DNA of 63,860 nucleotides, filler included, from Octopus bimaculoides (GCF_001194135.2; 8 parts of 7 records of this genome joined end to end with filler, not necessarily neighbours in it), one strand, 5' to 3'; shown: positions 1 through 11,445, counted from the first letter of the whole stretch. The notes: generated from the letters alone by a model not told the origin. Program-made: numbers and translations.

Positions 1-804
1 CTACCTGCTACGAAGCCTCCACAAGAGTAAAAAAAGAGAGAGACAGAGACAGAGAGAAAAAAAGGAAAATGTCCCTTGCATTTCAAAAGTATGGAAATAT
101 TTAAAAAAAGACATTTCATTTAATTTTTCCACAATTTAATTGTTTTTCATGCTTTACTCTAAGTTGAAAAAGTCGCAAAGACTGAAACCGGTACTAAAAT
201 GTTCTTCATGATAAAATCATTTTAGCATTTTCTACTTTATCTTATTTTCCTTATACATATCAACTCGTTTGTTCCTTTTCAACCTCCTAAATATATATAT
301 ATATATATATATATACACTTTTGTAGAGTTTATACTTTTGTAGAGTACAAATTTATTATTCTTAAACAAGAACGTTGTTGACAGAGACTTCGAAGTTTCA
401 GCCAGCTAAACCATCTATCTATCTATCTATCTATCTATCACGGAATCGATTAGGTGAAGGGGCCAAGAAACGGACATTTAGACCGTGGTCCTACCAATCT
501 GAGGATGGTACAAGAGACAGAATTGTTCAATGTATCCTTCCTTCTTATTAAGACGCTAGCATGTGATTTCAGGAAGAGTTGCTACTATTTCTAGTTGAAC
601 ACCCACCTACTAGCTCCTCCGTCAGCTCGCTACCATTCTGAGAATAGCTATTAACCAAAATATTTTTGTCATTAGCTGGTATCTTTTTATCAAAGCATAT
701 CTGTTTTGGGGTGGTAAACTTTCGTCTGAACTTTTCATTTAGCATCAAAACTAATGTCAGCGCCATATTACTGAGATATGACGAGCCCAAATGGGCGTCG
801 TTAC

Positions 805-935
805 ACACTCGCTCGAATAGCTAGAAATAGCAATCTAACCTCTCTCAAATCACACTCTTCTGTCTTAAAAAAAAAGAGGCTATATTGTACAATGTAGACG
901 CAGATAGCATATATCTGATAAGACTGGCCTGAACA
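805..935 (+). mobile_element. Unclassified interspersed repeat 'family C' (GCTAGAAATAGCA...CTCAAATCACAC...)
   Basis: The same motif recurs at about 3378, 3618, 19745 (minus strand) and 21860 in this window. Confidence 0.6.
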
Positions 936-1365
936 TAAACAAAAATGGCAGAAACAATCTGTGATGTGATGTGCTCATATAAATAGCGGTTTGTTACACA
1001 GATCTTGCTTCTGTTATCTCCAAAAAAGCTAGAATTTCTTTAAGCATGTTTGCATTAATTTTTGGATTAAAGACAGATTTGTTAAAACGCCAGATTAACT
1101 GCTTATTGGTATTATTATATAGTTATATCGTCCCTTTACTTTCTGTTTTCAAATTCTGCAGGGTTCGATTTTATCTTTCATCGTTCAAGGATTAACAATG
1201 AAATTGAAATAAAGGATGGTCTTATGAGTAAAAATTTTATTTCACTGTTCCGCGTTCGATCTTATTGCGCGGCACTTTTGGCAAATATCTACCACTATAG
1301 ATTCATGCCAATAAAGACTTTATGACTGGAATTTGGCAGACAAAAACTGTGCGAAAAGCGTGACG

Positions 1366-1405
1366 CGTCTGATGAGAATCCAATAAGATCCGAAATTCAA
1401 TTATG
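1366..1405 (+). ncRNA. Minimal type I hammerhead-like motif
   Basis: CUGAUGA at 1369-1375; stem II GAAUC/GAUCC (4 of 5 bp); GAAA at 1392-1395; short stem III; stem I only about 3 bp. Confidence 0.35.
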
Positions 1406-2212
1406 GTTGTTCATTTTTTTTTTAATCTACGGATCTACAGAAAAATACCTAAATTACCCTGTGTACATACATACATATATATATGTGTGTATATATGTAA
1501 TTGACATCTAGACGAGACAGTTCCAGCACTAAAGGTAATGAGAATATAGATCATAGTTGATTGATTGCAAAAATATATTCCTATCATCAAGAATAGAAGC
1601 AAATTGTCTTTCGCTCTTTACAGCTCATATTTCAGTATTGTATTTTGACTGAAACGTATTGATCTTTAATGCGTTCAGTTTTAAACCTCATCTTTGTCGC
1701 TTTATATAGATTTAATTTATGCCTGTCTTTCGCCCATTGATTTGTGTATGAAGCAAAACTAGCTTAAAGTAAGTGGTGTGCGCGCGCGCGCGTGACAGAG
1801 AGAGGGGGAGAGGGAGAGCGCGCGTACTTGCGAGGCGTGAATCAGTGAGAGAGGGCGGTAGAAAGAAGGGAAGGAGAGCTAAGGATAGAGAGACAGAAAT
1901 GTCAGACAGATTAACCGATACAAGAAAACAGTAATGTTTCTCTTGCCTGCTCGACCAAAGAATCATGACAAGCTTGTTCGGGTTCGCTAGACTTGAATAC
2001 GCCATTCACCACAAGTGAGAGGTTAGGAAAGCAACATCCTATTTCTGTACAGAGCTGGTCGATGACCATTTTTGCTGGACAGCCAACCCGTTTATATCTA
2101 TATGAAGATATCCAAATGGATGTATTACTAAGGAGTTCTTGCCTCAGCTTTCCAGATTAAAATTTAAAAAAAAAAAAACGCATGCATTTGATGACTAAAT
2201 GAAAATTGTCAT

Positions 2213-2303
2213 AGGCCCAGGTATGTCTTCTACTGTAGCCTCGAACCAAACAAAGTCTTGTGAGTGGATTTGGTAGACGGAAACTGAAAGAAGCCTGTCC
2301 TTA
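2213..2303 (+). mobile_element. SINE family B fragment
   Basis: GTGAGTGGATTTGGTAGACGGAAACTGAAAGAAGCC block, repeated many times in the window. Confidence 0.8.
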
Positions 2304-3377
2304 TATATATAAAATTTTAAATGAGCAGAAAATGGAGAAAACTTTTTATCAACAAACAAATTGACTACCATCGTTTAAATATTTTTTTATACAAAGCTTG
2401 AACATTGCATACAGCTGTTTCTACTGCCAATGTCATCGGTACCGCCAAAAAAAAAATAATTATGAGAATAATATTCGTCATCTTTGTAGCACATCCGATC
2501 TAGTACATGGAGCTTCATCAGAGTGAATACAAATGCATAAAATAAAAGAAGAGAAGAGGCAAGAGGAAAGAACAAGGCCTCTAGATGAAGAAAGAAGGCT
2601 TAATAAATTAAAATCAGACCATATAAAAGATATAGCCTGTATTTGGTAGGACGCTTTTCCCACGTGTTATTCAGAACGGCCTTTATCATACGGGTGTAAG
2701 CGCTATCGAGTTTTACTTCCAGGTGTTTGGTATGTACCCAAGAGATTGATCAATACAGTAGTACTGATTAGAAGTATTTATTTTTGACTCTCTGTTCGAA
2801 GATCAAATCCTACCAAAGTTAACTTAATAGTTCATTCTCCTGGGGGTCGATAAATAACGGAATTGCCAGAGCCTTGAAGTATTTGTTTCGGCTCATTAAA
2901 ATCCTATCGTCGGCTATTTGGGTGGTAAATTTAGTGGTAAACCGTTGCCCAGTTTAACCCACCACCTAGCCCTTAACTACCTTCAGTAGAGTTCACTCTG
3001 TCGCAGCCATTTAGTCCATATCACATCAGGTCACAGATTTGAGTATGCCTACCTCCCTGCTTTTCAGAAAGCCTCAAAAGTCCCATAAAAACTCATAGGT
3101 GCTGACCAAATGATAAAAAGCAATGCTCGAACGAGGCTCGACTTTGAACTTGAAACAACGGCAACAACAACAAAGACTGCTGCTACTGCTACTACTATAA
3201 CTACTACTATTATCTAAAAGTGAACTTGGAATGTAGGAATATAGGCGTAAACTGTGGCTTTTAGTTCAGATATCAACTAACGTTATCAATTTAAATAATG
3301 AAAACATTGGATTCTCTCCAAACATATTAGACTACATAATATTGCTGTATAATATTTGATTCAGTTCAATGGCTACG

Positions 3378-3785
3378 AACCTGACTTACTAGAAATAACA
3401 GCAAACTTCCCTCAAATCACAAAACTTATTCTTTCTATATAAAAAGAGATACGTTGGATACTGTGGTCTTAAATACACTATTTTTTGACAGACGAGAGGG
3501 TTGCGACCAGAATACCGTCGATAGTTGCTATGTTTATTCCGATTTGGTTTCAGCTAAACAACAGCAGCAACAGCGTCTGTAACACCAAAATCTCAAACCG
3601 ATGAGGGAGTATCTATGCAGTCGCTCCACAAGCTAGAAATAGCAGTCCAAATTTCCTTCTAATCAAATTCTAGCATCTTTGAAAAGAAAAAGAGACGTAT
3701 CAGATATTGTAGACCGAGATACACTTAGCAACGAAAAATGTATAAAAACTGGATGGTCACGAATAGAATAGTTTTTATGACAGAT
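3378..3785 (+). mobile_element. Two degenerate family C repeat copies
   Basis: CTAGAAATAACAGCAAACTTCCCTCAAATCAC at about 3389 and GCTAGAAATAGCAGTCCAAAT at about 3632. Confidence 0.5.
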
Positions 3786-4059
3786 TTTATTTATTGCCAG
3801 TTTTGACACTACCACTTAGCTATGGGACGCCTTCTATTGCAAGCATTTGCGTCAGTTTCCCGTCTGAGAATAACACTCCTTTCTTCTAGCTAGTTTCATG
3901 GGTTCCTGAAAAGTGTTATAGGTGCTGTTCTTCCTCCTCTGACTAAACGATTAAAAAAAGAAAAAGGAAAAAAAGAACGGAGTGTGCTTGGGACTAAATA
4001 GCAAGATTACCTGCTCATTGGATAATATAATTTTCTGCGTCACCCATCTACATTATATT

Positions 4060-4271
4060 GATTTCAAATTTTGGCACAAGGCCAGCAATTTCGGGGAGGG
4101 GTAAATAGATTACATCGAGCATCAGTATTTGACTTGTACTTATTTTGTCGACCCCGAGAGGATGAAAAGCAAAGTAGACCTCAGCCGAATTTGAATTCTA
4201 GACTTGAAGACAAACGAAATGCCGCTAAGTATTTCACCCTGCGTGCTAATGATTCTGCCAGCTCGCCACCT
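4060..4271 (-). mobile_element. tRNA-derived SINE family A
   Basis: On the minus strand: head GGTGGCGAGCTGGCAGAATC (A-box-like), B-box-like GAATTCAAATTC, central CTTTTCATCCTCTCGGGGTCGACAAAATAAGTAC block and tail GGCCTTGTGCC. Confidence 0.85.
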
Positions 4272-4282
4272 TACCCTACTAC

Positions 4283-4480
4283 CAGAGCTGGGCGTAAGTC
4301 CGTTAATCCGTTAATCGTTAATTAACGAAGTTAACATTTTCGTTAACGATTTAACTTTTAAGTCAACTTTGAAAATCATTATCGAACTAATTAGCTTCCG
4401 TTACGTTTAGCTTCCGTTAACTCAGGTCCGTTAACCCCAAATTTTCATAAAAACCGGTAACCGTTTAAAAGTTTCTATTG
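4283..4480. mobile_element. Probable hAT-like DNA transposon end with subterminal CGTTAA repeats
   Basis: Starts CAGAGCTGGGC, followed by a dense cluster of (C)GTTAA(C) motifs; the partner end was not found. Confidence 0.35.
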
Positions 4481-4998
4481 TTATCAGATTGTCTTAGCAT
4501 ATTTAATATTGTAGGCGTCATTTTTAGGTGTTTTTTTTCTCTTTTTCTTACACACACGGCCTTGCTCGGTTGGGACTATACGTGTGTTACTTTGACATCA
4601 TCATTCCATAAAATTTGTTTACGGGGAGAAAATATTGAAAAATATCAATAAATGTGTGAGTGAGAAAGAAACGGGGAGGGATCCGGTTTTGGGACGCACT
4701 AGAAACAACAGCCAGATATCCCTTAAATCACACATTTTCCTCTGAAATTATTGACATTTTTTTTAAACCGAAAATGTTTCTCTCACGGGCAGGGGTTGTA
4801 AAAAATTAACTGATGAAAAATTAATTGTAATATATTGGTCCAAATAATTGATTGGAGTCGTACTGCCAATTAAATAATTGATTGCTATCATATCAATTNN
4901 NNNNNNNNNNNNNNNNNNNNNNNNNNNNNNNNNNNNNNNNNNTTAATTAATTAANNNNNNNNNNNNNNNNNNNNNNNNNNNNNNNNNNNNNNNNNNNN

Positions 4999-5029
<31 letters not shown>

Positions 5030-5033
<4 letters not shown>

Positions 5034-6275
5034 TACGATGATGGCTTCATCTTGAGAGATGATACCCGTCACATCAACACACACACACCACATGCCAACA
5101 CACAGTACAATCACTCCGTCTATGAGCCCTTAGATGAATTTTAAGACCTGCTGCTGACTGACTGTGTTTAAAACACAAATGACAGATATTATTCAAGTTT
5201 CTTCTATACCTTTGCCCTTTGGAATCTGATTCTGAAGGAATGTTTTTGTGAACTAGCATATGTCTTTTAAATCCAGATATTGCCTTACAAGTTTTTTGAC
5301 ATATGACACAAGTTGTAAGAGGTGGTTGGTGTCCAAGATCATTACCTATCTGGGCATTACGATTTTCATGTGATTTCATATGATTCATGTTTCCTGCTTT
5401 TGATCACAGAACACGGTCACATACAATACATATCCAATGCTTACTGTTGATAACAGTTCCAATTTTTCCTTTGCGACAGGCCCTTTTAAGTTCAGAGTGC
5501 TGAATCATCTTTTCCTCCCAGGCATTACAACCAGTCCTAAGAGCACTTGTTCCGATCTAGAGCATCATTTTCCCAATCATTTTTATTCATATCTAGTTTC
5601 TTCAGGTTTTCCTTCACACAGTCTTTATATCTTTTCCTAGGTTTATGTTGTGGTCGCTTACCAGAGTTGAGCTCACCATAAATAAACGCTTTGGCAAACG
5701 AGCGTCTTTCATTCTAATGACATGTTCAGTCCATCTCATTTGAGCCAAGATAATATGTCGTCCAACTGAGCTACAACGTGCCATGCCTAAAACCTCTGTA
5801 TTTGGTATGAAACATTTCCACTTAACTCCTATGATACATCTGAGGCACTTTTCATGAAATCTCTCCAGCATTTTTATGTAAGGCTTGTAAGTGGTCCATG
5901 TCTCACTTGAATATAGAAGTACAGACAATACACACTCTTTATAGACACTGATTTTTATCTGCAGAGAAATACCTCTATCCGCCCATACTCACTTTTCGAG
6001 CTTTCCAAATGCAACACTTCCCTTCCATATTCGGCAGTATATCTCTGCATCAAGACTACCATCTCTTGACAGTGTGCTTCCTAGGTAAACAAAGATGTCA
6101 CGACTTCTAACCTTGTTCCATTCACAAAAATGTTTGGTTCAAAATATGTTAATCCTGGCACGGGAGTAAATATTACTTTGGTTTTCCCCAAACTAATTGT
6201 GAATCCGAAATGTACACATGTAGCAGAAAATCTATCCATTAAATGTTGCATATCTCCCTGTCTGGTACCTTCGGC
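5030..6275 (-). mobile_element. 5'-truncated, degenerate RTE-clade LINE (RT C-terminal part, RTE C-terminal domain, three C2H2 fingers)
   Basis: Minus-strand peptides FTISLGKTKV, YLGSTLSRDGSLDAEI, LLYSSETWT, LERFHEKCLRCIIGVKW, RLPKRLF, PRKRYKDCVKENLK and three C-x2-C-x12-H-x3-H motifs; interrupted by stops and frameshifts. Confidence 0.9.
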
Positions 6276-6279
6276 AAAT

Positions 6280-6452
6280 GTCGTCTACAATAGCCTCAGG
6301 CCGACCAAAGCCTTTTGAGTGGATTTGGTAGACGGAAACTGAAAGAAGCCAATGTATATATATATAAATATCATTGTGTCTTTGTGTCTGTTTTTGTCCT
6401 CCACGATCGCTTGACAACCGATGTTGATGTGTTTACGTCCCTGTAACTTAGA
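6280..6452 (+). mobile_element. SINE family B, central and 3' part
   Basis: GGCCGACCAAAGCC...GACGGAAACTGAAAGAAGCC, then a TA-rich core, then GCTTGACAACCGATGTTG. Confidence 0.85.
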
Positions 6453-7040
6453 AATCAGCAGATATATTATTTACTGATGCCAAATGATGTCTGCCAAATG
6501 ATGTCTGCCAAATAGATAGCAATTCATGAGACGCATTCAAACAGTGAGAACCCAAACAATAACGTATCTATTCATTCTCAACAGATTTTGGCAACTATAA
6601 ATATCTAATTGCCGTTGTTCATCGTCATCGCAGAACGGCTCCCCGTTTAAAATTTCTGTAAACAAGAATCTGTGGTCCTGTTAGATTTATCGGTCCGTTG
6701 GGATAGCTTTGACTGAGGAAACACACAATAAGGTTGAAACGCCGCTGCCTCAAAATCCTCATACTCCGTTGAATTGTGTGCATTATGAACACACATTGTT
6801 TTAAAGGGATGAGAAGTCCTCCGACAATGAAAAGCTACAGTGATCAGATATTAACGTTCGTATCCCACAAAAGGTATTGAAAATGATCAAATACGTTATT
6901 GTTTGAATTCTAGCTGTTCTACCTTGTGAATTATATATTTATAGTTTAATATTAGTCTTACAATTAGTATTATTTGTTTATTTAGTATAAACACGTACAC
7001 AATACTCACATATACAGAATGTGTGTGCACACACACATAC

Positions 7041-7043
<3 letters not shown>

Positions 7044-7097
<54 letters not shown>
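7044..7097. repeat. (AT)n microsatellite
   Basis: Direct inspection. Confidence 0.95.
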
Positions 7098-7103
<6 letters not shown>

Positions 7104-7654
7104 GCATTTATGTATTTATACAGATATATGCATACACACATATGTATATATATACGTATGCTTACATGAATGCGTAGACACGCGCCTATATGCCAGTACA
7201 CACGTATACGCACAAACTACAAATGAAAGTTCTATAAATGTTACAAAAACAAAGCGACCATTTAATCATGTTGAAAGACTTTAAGCAACTGAGACGAAAG
7301 AAAAAAAAGCACGAAACATTTGAACTGTTAAGAAGACATAAAAGAAAACTACAGTCCCAACATCTAGTTTCAGGACTGTTGTGTATTGGTTTGCTTGTAG
7401 TTTATTGTATAAGAATTATAGTTACAAATAGATTTCAACGCCTAATTGTTTTCCTGTTCGTATTTAATACAATTTTTCGTTTTTCATGTCTATATTAAAT
7501 CAATTTTTGCTTTGTATTTGTATACAGTTCTTTTGTTTATCAATGAAAATGCGTTGGTATTTTTTTCTTTTACATTGCCTTTTCATCAATTATCATATAG
7601 GTTATTTAGTTGAGACATATACCGTTACACATATGCATGTATGTATGCGCATAC

Positions 7655-7742
<88 letters not shown>
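7655..7742. repeat. (CA)n plus (AT)n compound microsatellite
   Basis: Direct inspection. Confidence 0.95.
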
Positions 7743-7743
<1 letters not shown>

Positions 7744-8064
7744 ATATTTGATATTATGTATACACACACACACACGTGTGTATGTATGTACAGTAATAAG
7801 AAACAGAGAGAAGCAAGTTGTATTGTTAAGTTTTTTATAACATACGCTCGTCTCTGCCAACCGGTTTGCGTTCTTCTGCAGCTTGAAGGTGCTTTTGTGC
7901 AAACCGATTAGCGTGCTTCCTTGGCAACCAGAAGTATACTATTCCATTTAAAAATATATGTTGTATATTGTAAACATAATAATAAAAAATTTTTTAAAAA
8001 ACAACATAAGAGTGACTAATTTTAACAAGTATTGCATTAGTTTAACTCTTAAACTAACGAAGAA

Positions 8065-8470
8065 ATAGTTTATTTACGTTTCAGCCTTAGTCTTTCATCA
8101 GAAAAAAATCAGAGGAGTGAGAAGAAGAAAAGCTGTTTAGAAGAAAGGAAAAAGGTGAACAAAGGGTTTTGGGCTCAGTTCAGTAAGTGGTACTCTAGAG
8201 GGATTAAGAAGGGAGGAAAGGGCGAGGGTGTGTGCGAACATGTAGGAGCATATTCATGTTTTTAAATAGGTACAAGGTGGGGAGTAGCTTTCTTATTCTG
8301 TTTTTATTTAGCCTTCCATTTCTTAATGGGATGAGAAGTCCCCCAACGATGGAAAGCCAAAGCGATCAGATATTAACGTTCGTATCCCACAAAATTCTCG
8401 TTTGTTCTCGCTTTTCTTTCATATAGCTTCCCATGTACCAGCGTCCTGATTTTCGAAATGATCAAACCAT
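8065..8470 (-). mobile_element. Possible Penelope-like 3' fragment ending in a hammerhead-like motif
   Basis: Ends in CTGATGAAAGACTAAGGCTGAAACGTAAATAAA on the minus strand; 8327-8392 is also duplicated at 6807-6872. Confidence 0.4.
8069..8107 (-). ncRNA. Minimal type I hammerhead-like motif (degenerate stem II)
   Basis: CUGAUGA (8101-8095), A, AGAC-UAA-GGCU, GAAA (8082-8079), palindromic ACGU stem III, GUA site; stem I of U-run/A-rich pairs. Confidence 0.4.
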
Positions 8471-8596
8471 GTGCTCAGAGCCTAAAAATTGGCTGGAGAC
8501 ACAAAGTAGGTTACAGAAACCTGCCTAGCCCCGTGTCTTCATAACAAGAAACTGTTAGCAGCTCTTATCTTTATAGTGTCCATTAAAGGATGTATA

Positions 8597-9222
8597 CAGG
8601 ATGTCCCAAAATGAAGGTAATCAACTTTTTTCAATTATACCAAAGCGAAATATTGTTATATCTCGGGTCTGAGTGTTGAAATGCAATGGTAAAGGAAACA
8701 CAATTATGACACTGCCACATCTTTTCAATATGACTACATCTGTTTCGAACCACAGCCTTAAGTCTAGGTGTGAATGCTTTACACGCGGCACGCAGATGCT
8801 TCACACGTGGCATGCAGAAGCTCTTGTGGAATCGAAGTCCATTTCTGGTGCAGTTTTGCGTTCAGAGCTTCGAGCAGCAGGAGGCGTGCTCGAGACCTTC
8901 GTCTCCAGAATGGACCAAACAGAAAAATCCAACGGGTTGAGATTGGGGCTTCTTGGGGGCTATACATCCTTGGCTAAGAACAACGGAATGTGTTTCTGAA
9001 TCCAGTGTTGTGTTTGTTTGGTGCAGAGTCCTGTTGGAGGCTCCAAGGTGCGCCTTGAAAGTGCCCATTCGCCTATGGAAGCAGTTCAGCTTCCAGAATG
9101 TCGCTAATGTATCTCAAAAACGAGCTGCCCAAACCATAACTGACTGTGGATTTTGACGTTGATTTACGAGTCTACCCTCGACGGAGCCAAATACACTCGG
9201 AAGTTGGTCATTTGACAGGGCC
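8597..9222 (-). mobile_element. Truncated Tc1/mariner-superfamily (maT/DD37D-like) transposon: transposase C-terminal part and one TIR
   Basis: Peptides QNPQSVMVWAA, LQQDSAP, PPRSPNLNPLDFSVWSILETKV and RAACKAFTPRLKAVV; terminus TA|CAGGATGTCCCAAAA at 8595-8611. Confidence 0.85.
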
Positions 9223-9490
9223 CCAATAACAGGTATAAACCTGAACTTGTAATCTGGATAGAGTAACTGTAAATTTCTCAATAGTTCAATGTTGGTATTT
9301 TGTTTTTCACTGATTTTCAGCTCTATGTTAACATCCGCTGGGCAGCTAATTACCACAACTGTACACAGTTTCTCTTCTCTATCCCAAATCATTATATCAG
9401 GTCTGTTGTGCTTACATTTTATTGAGTTCTTCACTGGGACATTCCACCAGTACTCCTTTTTATTATGTCTGGCTATAGCTTCTACCATAC
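9223..9490 (-). mobile_element. R4/Dong-like non-LTR fragment, restriction-like endonuclease domain
   Basis: Peptide HNRPDIMIWDREEKLCTVVVISCPADVNIELKISEK...LRNLQLLYPDYKFRFIPVIGAL (PD-(D/E)xK-type RLE). Confidence 0.8.
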
Positions 9491-9920
9491 TGTGGGTTCT
9501 TGTATGTATGTATGTATGTATGTATATATATATTATGCATGTATGTATGTATGTATTGATACAGAAGCACACACATACACATACACAAATGTATTATTCT
9601 TTGTTTCTTTTTTTTTTTCATTTTGACTATTGATTCTTTTTTGCTGTCTCATCAATTAACATCTGCATTCAAATTTTCTTCATTTTGAGCCACATCTTTC
9701 TTTTACATTCATTTATGTATTTAATTTTACTCATTCTTCTTCATTTCCTTCTTCCATCGCTCTTGCCTTCCTTTGTACTGATCTTTCTTTCTTCGTCTCC
9801 ATCTAACTTCTTTTCTATCTATCCTTCCATCTGTAGTTTTACTATCTCTCGACCTCTCTCTGCCCCTATCGCTTCCTTTCTCTGTCCACTACTTTCTATC
9901 TCCCTTCCTCTCTCCCTCCA

Positions 9921-9955
<35 letters not shown>

Positions 9956-10558
9956 TTATCTATCTACCTATCTATTTATTTATCTATCTGTAACCATTCC
10001 ACTCCAAATTCCTTCAAATGCATTACTTCTTTCTTCTCACTCATTCTGTTTTCTACATTCTTTCCTTTTTCCCTTTCCCTTCTATTTCTTTCTTTCCTTC
10101 TCTCTTTCATAAAAAGCTACATTTCATTCACCTGTTTGCGTCTGAATAGGTTTTTCTCCATCCCTTTTATATTTTCATCATTTTCATTATTCTTTTATTC
10201 TCCATTCATTTCATTTGCTTTTATTGTGTCATTTTTTCTTAGTTATTTTTTCTTTTCTTTCATTCTATCCTTGTTTTCTGTATTTCTTTATTTCAGTTCC
10301 TCTATCTTTCTGCATGTCTGTCTGCCTAATCTATTTTTCTGTCTGGTTGTATAATCTTTCTGCTTTCATTTTCATTCCTTGCTTCTCTTGCATTAATACT
10401 AAGCTGTGTATCATTTTATTCATTGGTTTACATTACTCCATTAATATTATTATGATTATCATCGTCGTCGTCGTCGTCATCATCCTCCTCAATAATCACC
10501 AGTTCACGTGCACAATTTTAACACAAAACGTGACTGACGCCGCTTCTTTATCCGTTAG

Positions 10559-10649
10559 CACGGCCGCAGCGTGGTCCAGCCGCACTTGAACCGTTGGTTG
10601 TAGCCGTAAACTGTACAATGATGAGCGTGGTGAACAAAGACGTATTTCC
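10559..10649 (+). CDS. Candidate internal exon (phase 1 to 2), xRPQRGPAALEPLVVAVNCTMMSVVNKDVFP
   Basis: CTGAC branch-like motif about 20 nt upstream, pyrimidine tract, TAG acceptor, GTAAGA donor, one open frame, locally GC/CpG-rich; no family recognised. Confidence 0.3.
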
Positions 10650-10927
10650 GTAAGACAAAGGCTGACGAGTCTGTTTCCAGCTAATTTGAAAACCAAATGA
10701 GGCTCATAAAACGCTTTTCGACTTCAAGCACCAATAGTTTATATTATTTAATGTTTTACAATATAAAAGTGTGTTGACTGCACGGTTTGGTATCATGTCG
10801 AATATAAACGTTGCCCATATCATAGCTCAACTATAACAGTCGAATTCATGTTGGGAGACTATACACCCTCATGTTCGATCTACAGTCATCACATGTGCAT
10901 GGCTGTCGCTATTAATATCAATGTCAT

Positions 10928-10966
10928 TTCTTCTTCTTCTTCTTCTGCTTGTAGTGGTGGTGGTGG

Positions 10967-11047
<81 letters not shown>
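10928..11047. repeat. Compound trinucleotide microsatellite (CTT)(GTG)(ACT)(AAT)
   Basis: Direct inspection. Confidence 0.95.
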
Positions 11048-11048
<1 letters not shown>

Positions 11049-11318
11049 TCGCACTAAAAGCACAAGGCCTGAAATTTGGGGCGCGGAGTGGCGGGGANNN
11101 NNNNNNNNNNNNNNNNNNNNNNNNNNNNNNNNNNNNNNNNNNNNNNNNNNNNNNNNNNNNNNNNNNNNNNNNNNNNNNNNNNNNNNNNNNNNNNNNNNNN
11201 NNNNNNNNNNNNNNNNNNNNNNNNNNNNNNNNNNNNNNNNNNNNNNNNNNNNNNNNNNNNNNNNNNNNNNNNNNNNNNNNNNNNNNNNNNNNNNNNNNNN
11301 CTCTGCCAGCCCGCCGCC
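11049..11318 (-). mobile_element. SINE family A spanning an assembly gap
   Basis: Tail (GCACAAGGCCTGAAATTTGGGG) lies left of the gap and head (CTGCCAGCCCGCCGCC) lies right of it. Confidence 0.7.
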
Positions 11319-11333
11319 TTAATAATAATAATG

Positions 11334-11428
<95 letters not shown>

Positions 11429-11441
11429 AATAATAATAATA
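11319..11441. repeat. (AAT)n(GAT)n microsatellite
   Basis: Direct inspection. Confidence 0.95.
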
Positions 11442-11445
11442 GTTA

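Noticed and set aside
2640-2740. Minus-strand KLDSAYTRMIKAVLNNTW, resembling an RTE C-terminal region
   Set aside because: It is a plausible ~100-bp LINE remnant, but too short to annotate confidently.
4943-4954. TTAATTAATTAA embedded between N-runs; also at 28751, 36446, 52134, 56608, 60501 and 62764
   Set aside because: It is an identical 12-mer with stops in all six frames, always flanked by N-runs of about equal length. This is an assembly gap spacer, not biology.
6896-7911. Low-complexity ORFs (YIYI, HTHT, ERER, LSIY, poly-I and similar) throughout the window
   Set aside because: They are translations of microsatellites.
10496-10696. Cadherin-like reading of the minus-strand ORF (...SVTFCVKIVHVN)
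   Set aside because: It lacks the DxD, LDRE and DxNDN calcium-binding motifs, so there is no support for a protocadherin.
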